A DNA stretch of 64,000 nt from a virus (Duplodnaviria > Caudoviricetes), in IMG/VR virus record IMGVR_UViG_3300012979_000032, positions 28,915 through 92,914 of that record. One strand, written 5' to 3'. A program made the translations under genes and the position numbers. Under the pieces are notes generated by a model. That model saw only the letters and a list, made by a program, of their open reading frames with translations, ran no database searches and was not told the origin of the DNA. Below are positions 49,582 through 57,795 of this stretch, one piece after another. How positions within the stretch are numbered: the first letter of the stretch is position 1; every line of letters starts with the position of its first letter.

Positions 49582-50055
49582 ATGACTATCAACGAAGCAA
49601 TCACCGCCTACGAAACCCTGGCCTACACCCACAATTACGTTTACGGTTTTGTTCATCGCCACATGGTGTACTTCACCTTCGAAACTGGTTTGGACGTTGA
49701 CTCTTGCGCATTCGATACCGCAAGCTCTTCCAATGGTGGCGGACAGGTTCTCCGCTTCCGCCCTTCCGCAAAGACCAAAAAGCGTTGGCTTGAAAATGCC
49801 GAATTCCTCTGCACCGAAGCCGAATGGGACGCTTACCTTGAAGCCAACAAGCACGGCAAGCAGAAGAACCGCGGAATCGCCTTTGAGCGTATCCTGTCCG
49901 AACGCTACGGCGTAACCGAATGGGCACCCAATAACGACACCTTCGACACCGCCCCCGACATGGTAATCAATGGGGTTGGCTATCAGCTCAAGTTTGAGCG
50001 TGCCCAAATCATCGCTATGAACACTCTGGTTCGTCGTGGAGTGGTGGTCGCATAA
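49582..50055 (+). CDS. PD-(D/E)xK-like nuclease-fold protein, paralog of 45773..46255
   Basis: NRGIAFE...TFD.APDMVINGVGYQLK. Confidence 0.65.
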   Translation: MTINEAITAYETLAYTHNYVYGFVHRHMVYFTFETGLDVDSCAFDTASSSNGGGQVLRFRPSAKTKKRWLENAEFLCTEAEWDAYLEANKHGKQKNRGIAFERILSERYGVTEWAPNNDTFDTAPDMVINGVGYQLKFERAQIIAMNTLVRRGVVVA

Positions 50056-50199
50056 ACCGCCACTTTCCCTGTATAAAAATTCATACTTGACAATTTTAAA
50101 AAAATATGTTATAATATATATAGAAAGTTAAAAGAGCCTTTATGTCAATAAAAGGCTCTTTTCTCAGCTGGGCGCTCACGTCCGCAAGCGCCCAGTGTT

Positions 50200-50255
50200 T
50201 GTATTATTATGCATCGCCGGTGAATTTTTATTCAAAACGTATGTATAAAAATTCA
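50200..50255. promoter_or_regulatory. Three tandem ARG-box-like (ArgR/AhrC) operators, 21-bp period
   Basis: TGTATTATTATGCA 50200, TGAATTTTTATTCA 50221, TGTATAAAAATTCA 50242. Confidence 0.7.
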
Positions 50256-50355
50256 TTCAAAAAAATCCTAAAAACCCCTTGACACCCTGCCCCACCTGTG
50301 CTATAATAAGCTTGTTGATGAGGCAAGAGCCTCCAAGAGAAAGGGTTGATAAGAT

Positions 50356-51021
50356 ATGATGAAGGAAATGCGAATGACTATTGATACTGAGACTGTGGGC
50401 GGCTGTTCTACGCCAGATGGCGCATACCACTATGGCGCAACTGTCCACAATCTGGATGGCGACATCACTGCTGTTGCCAATATCCTTGTGATGGAACATT
50501 TCGACAAGATTCGCAATGATGACTACGCAAAGAAGAATTTTCACCTGTATCAGGAAATGATTGCCTCTGGCACTGTGACCTGTGTCGCAACTGAGGTCGA
50601 GGCTGTGGAAGTCCTGCGCCAGCTGGCAAGGATGTATAATGTGAAGTACATTCAGGCTTACAATTCTGGCTTTGATTTTGTCAAGACTGAGTGCTCTGCT
50701 CTGCTGGATGAATTTCAGTTTATTGACCTGTATCTGATGGCACTCCAGACCATCACCCACCAGAAGAAGTATGCAAAGTTCTGCAATGAGCATGGACTGT
50801 ATTCCAAGAGTGGCAAAACCTGCGCAACCTCTGTTGAAGCTGTGTATGCTTTCATCACCAACAATCCCCATTTTGAGGAAGAGCACACTGCCTTTGAGGA
50901 TGCTTTGGTCGAGACTGCGATTTTTGTCCATCTGCGCAAGATGCACAAGAAGTATACCAAGAACATGCACCAGTATGATTGCAAGGTGGGCAAGTGCTTC
51001 CCCAAGCGAGAGACCCTGTAA
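50356..51021 (+). CDS. DEDDh 3'-5' exonuclease (DnaQ-like)
   Basis: ExoI IDTETVG, ExoII AYNSGFD, ExoIII HTAFEDA. Confidence 0.9.
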   Translation: MMKEMRMTIDTETVGGCSTPDGAYHYGATVHNLDGDITAVANILVMEHFDKIRNDDYAKKNFHLYQEMIASGTVTCVATEVEAVEVLRQLARMYNVKYIQAYNSGFDFVKTECSALLDEFQFIDLYLMALQTITHQKKYAKFCNEHGLYSKSGKTCATSVEAVYAFITNNPHFEEEHTAFEDALVETAIFVHLRKMHKKYTKNMHQYDCKVGKCFPKRETL

Positions 51022-51106
51022 GGTCTCCGCACGGGGCGCGAAAAAAAAGTTGAAAAAACTTTTGAAAAGTGCTTGACATTCTGACCAAGGTATGATACTA
51101 TAATCA

Positions 51107-51178
51107 TGTCAGGAGGGCAAGGGCCAAGAAACCCAGCAGGCGCGCATGCTGAGGAAGTAGAGGAAGAAAACTTCTGAA
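51107..51178 (+). ncRNA. Putative short RNA from an ORF-less promoter
   Basis: TTGACA 51073 / TACTAT 51096; ~70 nt without a credible RBS-led ORF before the next promoter. Confidence 0.5.
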
Positions 51179-51278
51179 AAAAAAGTTTCCCAAACCCCTT
51201 GACAAATCAAACAGGGTATGCTATAATAAGTACATCAAGTGAAGGAAAACACTTAAACACCAGAAAGGAATTGATACT

Positions 51279-51629
51279 ATGGAAAAGATGACTAATGTGA
51301 AGGCTCTCTCTTACATCCTGACCAACTGCGAACTGCCTGAGGATGTGAAGTCCAAGGTCGAAGCCATGAAGGCTTCCTATGAGAAGAAGGCTTCTGCTGA
51401 GCGCAAGCCTACCCCCACCCAGACTGAGAATGCTGGCTTCAAGGCTGAGATTCTGGCTGTGCTGGCTGATGGCGAACAGCGCACCATCACTGATCTGATG
51501 AAGGCTGTCCCCTCTCTCTCTGATCTGTCCAACCAGCGAGTGTCTGCGATTGTTCGCCAGATGACTCTCTCTGGCGAAGTGGTTCGCATCGAAGATAAGC
51601 GCAAGGCTTACTTCAAGGTGGCTGAGTAA
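51279..51629 (+). CDS. Winged-helix DNA-binding protein, paralog 1 of 3
   Basis: ERKPTPTQ..N...K..IL..L..G...TITDLMK...LSNQRVSAIVRQ...SGEVVR.EDKRKAYF. Confidence 0.85.
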   Translation: MEKMTNVKALSYILTNCELPEDVKSKVEAMKASYEKKASAERKPTPTQTENAGFKAEILAVLADGEQRTITDLMKAVPSLSDLSNQRVSAIVRQMTLSGEVVRIEDKRKAYFKVAE

Positions 51630-51747
51630 GGGCGCAAGCCCTTACCCCCCTTGTGGGGGCTCGGCCCGGGCGCAAAAAAAAATTTGCGAAAAGTATTGAC
51701 AACTGACCCAAGGCATGCTATAATAATACTCGAAAGGGGGAAGGGAA

Positions 51748-52113
51748 ATGACTGAACAGGTACAGAAACTGATGAAGACCCTGAGTATCAGCGAACAGGA
51801 AGCCATGGAAATCCTTAATGCTGACAAGGAAATCGACAGGGGCGCAAAACTGTTTAGCCTTGACAAAGAAGCCGAAAAGGAATCCAAGAAGGCTCGACAG
51901 GGCGACAGGAAAAAGCCTATGGTCTGTAAGTTTGATTCAAGCAAAAAGACCAAGCCTGCCAATGAGTCTAAGTCCAACATTGTTTCCAATGTGGTTTCGA
52001 CTCTGGAACAGATGGGCGCAACTGAAATCAATCTCACCAACCCTGAAAGAGAATTCACTTTCAAAATGGGCGATGTGAAATACAAGTTTGTTCTGTCTGT
52101 CCCTCGCAGTTAA
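51748..52113 (+). CDS. Hypothetical protein (NPERE motif), paralog of 56504..56977
   Basis: Shared LDKEA, K.NE.K and NPERE..FK motifs. Confidence 0.8.
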   Translation: MTEQVQKLMKTLSISEQEAMEILNADKEIDRGAKLFSLDKEAEKESKKARQGDRKKPMVCKFDSSKKTKPANESKSNIVSNVVSTLEQMGATEINLTNPEREFTFKMGDVKYKFVLSVPRS

Positions 52114-52212
52114 GGGGGCGCAAGCCCCCTAAACTTTTTTCCAGAAAAGTATTGACAAGTCGCCACGGCTATGCTATAATATAATCAATCCAAGAGGAAA
52201 GGAACTGATACT

Positions 52213-52410
52213 ATGAGAGACCCCAAGCGAATCTACACCACAAGCAACGCAATCGCCACCATTTGGGCTGACCTGCCAGATTGGCGATTCGGACAGCTGA
52301 TGTACAATTTCAAGACCCACATGGACAAGCAGGGCATTGACATTTTCTACCTCGAAGAGGACAAGTTCGTCGAGTGCCTGCGCGAGTATGTCGACCAGTT
52401 CAAGCTTTGA
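52213..52410 (+). CDS. Small phage protein (MRDPxRI...PDWRFGQL type)
   Basis: Own promoter and RBS; motif common in phage hypothetical proteins. Confidence 0.8.
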   Translation: MRDPKRIYTTSNAIATIWADLPDWRFGQLMYNFKTHMDKQGIDIFYLEEDKFVECLREYVDQFKL

Positions 52411-52533
52411 GCTGGTCGCCGCCGGCCGTGGCGACCAGTTTTTCGCTTTAATACCGGGCCGCCAAAAAATTCGTTGAAAATTTGTGCACTTTTACCACTT
52501 GCTTTTTATCCCAATACCTGCTATAATAAACAA

Positions 52534-52845
52534 TGTCAGGAGGCACTGAGGTGATGCTGAGTGAAGCTGGTCGACAAAACTTCTTCAAAAAAAGTTTTGA
52601 AAAACCCTTGACAAAGCCGCCAAGATGTGATACAATGACAATGTCAAGAGGGCAAGGGTTAGTAAACCTCCTAAGTGATGGGTGCTTTGCCCCAAGGAAA
52701 TTTCCTTGAAAAAAGTTTAAAAAACCTCTTGACAAGTAGCGCAGGATGTGCTACAATAAGGATGTCAAAGGGCGAGGGAAGCCCAAAGGTTAAGGTCTGG
52801 CTGCCAAGACTGAAAGGGTTCAAATCCCACAGAGGACGCTCTGAA
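52534..52845 (+). ncRNA. Three consecutive ORF-less promoter units giving short RNAs, the third tRNA-like
   Basis: Promoters at 52499, 52608, 52729; hairpins; GGG-TTCAAAT-CCC at 52816-52828. Confidence 0.6.
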
Positions 52846-52944
52846 AAAAAAGTTTCCCAAACCCCTTGACAAACTCCCCAAGGTGTGATACAATAAGGAC
52901 ATAAAGAGAAGCCACCTCTTAAAAAGCAGAAAGGGATTGATACT

Positions 52945-53298
52945 ATGACTAAGATGACTAACATTAAGGCTCTGGAGTATGTTCTGACCAACTGCGCTGA
53001 CCTGCCCTCTGAGGTCACTGACAAGCTGACTGCCATGAAGTCCAGCTTCGAGAAGAAGTCCTCTGCTGAGCGCAAGCCCACTCCTACCCAGCAGGAGAAC
53101 ATGGGTCACAAGCAGGAGATTCTGAACCTGCTGGCTGATGGCAACCAGTACACCATTACTGACATCATGAAGGGTGTTCCTGCCCTGTCTGACCTGTCCA
53201 ACCAGCGAGTGAGCGCCATTGTGCGCCAGCTGACCCTGTCTGGTGAGGTTGTGCGAGTTGAGGATAAGCGCAAGGCTTACTTCAAGCTGGCTGACTGA
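52945..53298 (+). CDS. Winged-helix DNA-binding protein, paralog 2 of 3
   Basis: Highly similar to 51279 and 55802. Confidence 0.85.
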   Translation: MTKMTNIKALEYVLTNCADLPSEVTDKLTAMKSSFEKKSSAERKPTPTQQENMGHKQEILNLLADGNQYTITDIMKGVPALSDLSNQRVSAIVRQLTLSGEVVRVEDKRKAYFKLAD

Positions 53299-53440
53299 TT
53301 CCCCAAGGGGAAGGGGCAACCCTTCCCCAGCCCCTCGGGCAAAAAAAAAGTTTCAAAAAAGGGTTGACAAATAACCCAAACTGTGGTACTATAATCATGT
53401 CGAAAGGGCAAGCCCCTCTAAAAAGAAAGGAATTGATACT

Positions 53441-53782
53441 ATGATGAACTCTTACCTCGAATCCGCCAAGAACCTGAACGACCTGACCAATCGCATGGGT
53501 GTCCTGACCAAGCTGTGCGCTCTGACCCCTGGTGCTGAGTTTTACGCTTCTGACCTGGGTCTGTCTGGGCAGACCATGAACTCCCTGAGCATGCATGGTG
53601 TTGTCACCTATGTGAGGGGCAAGGAAAAGGTCGAATTCATCCCTGCTGACCACTATGGCGAACTGTACAGGAAGGTTGAGGTCAACTGCTGGACTGTCGC
53701 TGACAAGTTCCTGACTGACCACTTCCGCAGCTACTGTGGCAGCATGGCGGCTCTGTACTCTGCGCAGATGCTGGCTCTGTAA
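53441..53782 (+). CDS. Hypothetical protein, possible winged helix
   Basis: EFYASDLGLSGQTMNSLSMHGVV. Confidence 0.75.
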   Translation: MMNSYLESAKNLNDLTNRMGVLTKLCALTPGAEFYASDLGLSGQTMNSLSMHGVVTYVRGKEKVEFIPADHYGELYRKVEVNCWTVADKFLTDHFRSYCGSMAALYSAQMLAL

Positions 53783-53895
53783 GAGGGGGACTCCCCCTCT
53801 TTCGCCCGAGCGAAAAAAAGTTTTAAAAACCCCTTGACAAGTTGCCCACCCTCTGCTATAATATAATCAATCCAAGAGCGAAAGGAACTGATTCT

Positions 53896-54102
53896 ATGGA
53901 AACTGTAATGATCAAGCGCACTCAGACCTGCCCCAAGTGTGGCAAGTCCCACTCTGTAATGGTCCCCTTCTCTGAGTACTGGGCATGGGAATGCGGCGCG
54001 CCCATGGAACAGGCTCTGAAGTCTCTGACCTACTGCGAACTGAAGCAGATCGCCACCAAGGTTTGCCCTGATTGCCAAAAAGAAATTTTAGGTTATCAGT
54101 AA
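53896..54102 (+). CDS. Zn-finger protein, paralog of 54787..55077
   Basis: CPKCG...AWECG...CPDCQ. Confidence 0.8.
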   Translation: METVMIKRTQTCPKCGKSHSVMVPFSEYWAWECGAPMEQALKSLTYCELKQIATKVCPDCQKEILGYQ

Positions 54103-54170
54103 AAAACCCCTTGACAACCTGAGTCCCCTATGCTATAATAAGTACATCAAGAGCGAAAGGAAATGATCTG

Positions 54171-54428
54171 ATGAATTACAATGTGATCGCCCACTATGAA
54201 GATGCTACCATTACCTGCGAGACCAATGACATCCATGTTGCCCTGACCTTCCTGCTGGAGCATGGCGACACTCAGATCGAAGTGATTGATGGCTTCACTG
54301 GTGAGATCCTGTGTGCGCAGAACTGCGAAGATCCCATTCTCCAGGATGCCTTTGGGCTGACCCTGCTGGGCTTCCTGATGGAGCAGGCATGGGGTGCTGT
54401 CCTCGAATCGCTGGGCGAGGGGGACTAA
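54171..54428 (+). CDS. Acidic hypothetical protein
   Basis: Own promoter and RBS; VIDGFTGEIL. Confidence 0.8.
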   Translation: MNYNVIAHYEDATITCETNDIHVALTFLLEHGDTQIEVIDGFTGEILCAQNCEDPILQDAFGLTLLGFLMEQAWGAVLESLGEGD

Positions 54429-54527
54429 CCCCCTTTTTCGCCCGGGCGCGAAAAAATTTCAAAAAGGGTATTGACAAATCATTCAAGAGGGTGTATAATA
54501 GTCTTACAAACGAAGGAGGCGACCCCC

Positions 54528-54731
54528 ATGCGAGACCTGATTCTGAAAGCCCTTGCCCAGTATCCCAATGGCCTGCGCCAGCGCATGATTGCTAGTGAGG
54601 TTGGCTGTTGGACTGCGAACCCTGAACTGCGTCAAACCCTTGACGCTCTGACCAATGAGGGCGTTCTGTCTAGGCGCTACCACAGCGACCCTGCCAACAT
54701 GGAATATTATTTTATTTGGAAAATCGCTTGA
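54528..54731 (+). CDS. Small winged-helix protein
   Basis: ILKALAQYPNGLRQRMIASEVG...LDALTNEGVL. Confidence 0.75.
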   Translation: MRDLILKALAQYPNGLRQRMIASEVGCWTANPELRQTLDALTNEGVLSRRYHSDPANMEYYFIWKIA

Positions 54732-54786
54732 CAAGCGACCCAAGGTGTGCTATAATAAGACCATCAAGAGGAAAGGAACTGATACT

Positions 54787-55077
54787 ATGAAGTTTGATTT
54801 TGAAGTTACTGTGATCTGCCCCTTCTGCGGCGAAGTTTCCACTGTTGCTGTGGTCAAGAAGGACTATGATGCATGGCAGTGGGGCGAGCTGATTCAGAAT
54901 GTCATGCCCTATCTGTCTCCCAGCGATCGAGAGATTCTGATCAGTGGCATGTGCCTGAAGTGCCAGTCCTCTTTCTTCTCCTGCTGTGAGGAAGAGGATG
55001 AGGACTTCGAGCCTGATGACATTGACGACGACTGCGGCTTCGACCCCTATGAGGGTTGCTTCACTTACGACTGCTGA
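54787..55077 (+). CDS. Zn-finger protein with acidic tail
   Basis: CPFCG...AWQWG...REILISGMCLKCQ; DCGFDPYEGCFTYDC tail. Confidence 0.8.
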   Translation: MKFDFEVTVICPFCGEVSTVAVVKKDYDAWQWGELIQNVMPYLSPSDREILISGMCLKCQSSFFSCCEEEDEDFEPDDIDDDCGFDPYEGCFTYDC

Positions 55078-55090
55078 GGAGGAATGTAAA

Positions 55091-55330
55091 ATGGAAATGA
55101 CTCAGAAACTGGCCAATGACCTGATGGACTGCCTGTGCGCTCTCGCTATCTCTGCTAATGGGCGCATGCCTGAGACTGATGAAGAGTTTGAGCAGTGTCA
55201 GCAGTATGCGAAGGACACCTTCATGACGCTCTGCGACCAGTGGGAGCAGGTCACTGGGGAGACTTGGGAAGTCATCCCCAGCGAGGACATTGATGATGGT
55301 GTCGAGCGCATCACACAATTTTTGAACTGA
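55091..55330 (+). CDS. Acidic hypothetical protein
   Basis: GAGGAGG RBS; terminator hairpin follows. Confidence 0.8.
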   Translation: MEMTQKLANDLMDCLCALAISANGRMPETDEEFEQCQQYAKDTFMTLCDQWEQVTGETWEVIPSEDIDDGVERITQFLN

Positions 55331-55511
55331 GATGGCAACATCTCAGTTCCTTTATCTTTTGGGCCGGGCGCCCACGGTCGAGGTGCCCGGTTTTTCCGCG
55401 TATCCTTCCATTATAACATTTTTCCGAGCAAAAGTCAATAGGCAAATTGAACAAATTTTTTCCCGAAATTTTGTGCTTGACATTTGGGTCAGGGTGTGGT
55501 ACTATGATCAT

Positions 55512-55700
55512 GTCAGGAGGGCAAGCCACTCTCCAAGGGCTTGAAAAAAACTTTGAAAAAGTTTCAAAAACCTCTTGACAAGTAGCACAGAGTGTGCTAC
55601 AATAAGGGTGTCAAAGGGAAAGAAACCAAGTCGCTTAGCCAAGGTAGCCTGAGGATGGGTGCGCAACATCCATGGTTAGACCCTGAGCAAGCGAAGCGAA
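55512..55700 (+). ncRNA. Two ORF-less promoter units giving short hairpin RNAs
   Basis: Promoters 55477 and 55575; CAAGCC/GGCTTG, TCGCTT/AAGCGA and GGATG/CATCC stems. Confidence 0.55.
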
Positions 55701-55801
55701 AAAAAAGTTTCAAAAACCCTTGACAAACAACTGAATAGGTGCTATAATAACAATGTCAACAGGGGAAGGAAAACCCCACAAACCAGAAAGGGATTGATAC
55801 T

Positions 55802-56155
55802 ATGACTAAGATGACTAATGTGAAGGCTATCGACTTTGTTCTGACCAACTGCTCCAACCTGCCTGAGGATGTTGTCGCCAAGCTGAATGCGATGAAGGCT
55901 TCCTTTGAGAAGAAGTCCAGCGCTGAGCGCAAGCCCACCCCCACTCAGGTGGAGAATCAGGGCCACAAGGAAGCCATCATGGCTGCCCTCGCCACTGGTG
56001 AGAAGATGACCATCACTGACCTGATGAAGGCTGTGCCTGAACTGGGCGAACTCTCCAATCAGAGGGTGAGCGCCATTGTGCGACAGCTGACCCTGAGTGG
56101 CGAAGTGGTTCGCACTGAGGATAAGCGCAAGGCTTATTTCTCCCTCGCTGAGTGA
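55802..56155 (+). CDS. Winged-helix DNA-binding protein, paralog 3 of 3
   Basis: Highly similar to 51279 and 52945. Confidence 0.85.
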   Translation: MTKMTNVKAIDFVLTNCSNLPEDVVAKLNAMKASFEKKSSAERKPTPTQVENQGHKEAIMAALATGEKMTITDLMKAVPELGELSNQRVSAIVRQLTLSGEVVRTEDKRKAYFSLAE

Positions 56156-56268
56156 GGGAGAGAGGGGGAGTAACCCTCCCCCTCCCCTCGGCCCGGGCCG
56201 AAAAAAAGTGCTTGACAAGTCGCGCAGGGTGTGGTATAATGAGGACACAAACCAAAGGAGGATGACCC

Positions 56269-56472
56269 ATGAACCTGATGGAAAAACTGGAAAACTACAT
56301 TCACATGCAGACTAACTACGCCCAGCGCATGCCTGAACATCGCGCGACCTTCGAAGCCCATGTTTTCGGCGCAATCGAAATGGTTGCTTTCCTTGACCCT
56401 GAGAAGCAGGACATCCTTGAAAAAAAGTGGTATGATTTCAAAAAAACCCTTGACAACCTGCTCGAAGTGTGA
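56269..56472 (+). CDS. Hypothetical early protein
   Basis: AAGGAGG RBS; C-terminus runs through the next promoter. Confidence 0.8.
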   Translation: MNLMEKLENYIHMQTNYAQRMPEHRATFEAHVFGAIEMVAFLDPEKQDILEKKWYDFKKTLDNLLEV

Positions 56473-56503
56473 TACAATAAGGATGTTGAAAGGAGCTGAT
56501 CCC

Positions 56504-56977
56504 ATGTTTGAGAACTTACAGGAAGCCATTAAGCACTATGCCAAGTGCATGAAGTGTACCCCCAGCGAAGCCAAGGCAGATGCTGAGCGCGAAATCGCCC
56601 TGATGATGGAAAAGGAAGGTTATTCGCGCGAATTTGCGGAAGCCACATGGATGGAAGAACAGGAAGAACTGAATTGCGCTGAACTGGACAAGCTGGACAA
56701 GGAAGCTAAGAAGAATGGTGCGACCAAGGTTGTCGCCCAGTCTGAGGACAAGCCCAAGCAGAAGCGCGCACCTCGCAAGCCCAATGAAGAAAAGCGCGCC
56801 CTAATTGATGCCCTGATGAGTGCGCTTGAAGATTTTCATCATGGCGATGAAGAGGAAATCGCTTCCCATGTTGAAGCTGTGGCGATTGTCAACCCTGAGC
56901 GCGAAATCAGTTTCAAGGTTTACGACCATGAATATTCCCTGACCCTGACCCAGCACAGGAAGAAGAAGGGGGAGTAA
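56504..56977 (+). CDS. Hypothetical protein (NPERE motif), paralog of 51748..52113
   Basis: AAGGAG RBS; shared motifs. Confidence 0.8.
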   Translation: MFENLQEAIKHYAKCMKCTPSEAKADAEREIALMMEKEGYSREFAEATWMEEQEELNCAELDKLDKEAKKNGATKVVAQSEDKPKQKRAPRKPNEEKRALIDALMSALEDFHHGDEEEIASHVEAVAIVNPEREISFKVYDHEYSLTLTQHRKKKGE

Positions 56978-57093
56978 TCCCCCTTCCCCCTACCCACGGG
57001 CGCAGAAAAAAAATTTCAAAAACCCCTTGACAACTGGCGCAAGGTGGTGTATAATAAGCACATAACCAAGGGAAACAGAAAGGAATTGATACT

Positions 57094-57699
57094 ATGAACT
57101 CTCTCTTTTTTAAGCGCGAACTTGACCTGATTGTGGATGAAGACCTGCGAATGGCTGTGAAGTGCTATTTCGATGAAAAGGTTCCCAAGTATTTTTGGGA
57201 AATCGGCGCTTCCTCTACTGGAAAGTTTCACCCCATGTTTTCACAGGGTGAGGGTGGTCTGGTTCGCCACACCAAGGCTGTGGTGATGTTCGCTGAAGAA
57301 CTCCTGCGCATGTCCTCTTACGCCTACATGCCTGATGCTTACAAGGATTATGTGATTGCGGCTTGCCTGATTCATGATTGCGCCAAGTATGGCATGAGCG
57401 ATGAACTGGACAAGGGCGCATACAAGGAACATGCTCCCAATGGCGCAAAGATGTTCGACCTGTTCATGCTGGAATCCTATGGAGTCCATGCCCCTGAAAA
57501 GCTCCTTGATGCTGTGCGCACCCACATGGGGCAGTGGTCTGAGAGGGAAGACAAGCCCTTCTCCCCCATTGATCGCTGTGTTCACATGGCTGACTACATG
57601 GCTTCGCGCTCCTTCCTTGACATCCCTTCCATTTGGGATGAATGGGAAATCGCTGATGCTGAAATCAAGCAGGCCAAGGCGCACCCCTTTGAATTTTAA
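57094..57699 (+). CDS. HD-domain phosphohydrolase
   Basis: GGLVRHT...LIHDCAK...H...HMG...HMADY. Confidence 0.9.
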   Translation: MNSLFFKRELDLIVDEDLRMAVKCYFDEKVPKYFWEIGASSTGKFHPMFSQGEGGLVRHTKAVVMFAEELLRMSSYAYMPDAYKDYVIAACLIHDCAKYGMSDELDKGAYKEHAPNGAKMFDLFMLESYGVHAPEKLLDAVRTHMGQWSEREDKPFSPIDRCVHMADYMASRSFLDIPSIWDEWEIADAEIKQAKAHPFEF

Positions 57700-57795
57700 G
57701 GGGGCGCGCCCTGCGCCCGGTCAAAAAAAGTTTCAAAAAACCCTTGACAATCAAGCCAAGATTTGCTATAATAACAATGTAAGGAGGGCAAGCAA

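Noticed and set aside
46685-55475. CodY-like (AGAAAATT near 46700 and 49290) and Rex-like (TTGTGCA near 52482) sites; Spo0A-like TGTCGAA near 53399
   Set aside because: Only half-site or partial matches in AT-rich DNA or variants of the leader repeat; too weak to call.
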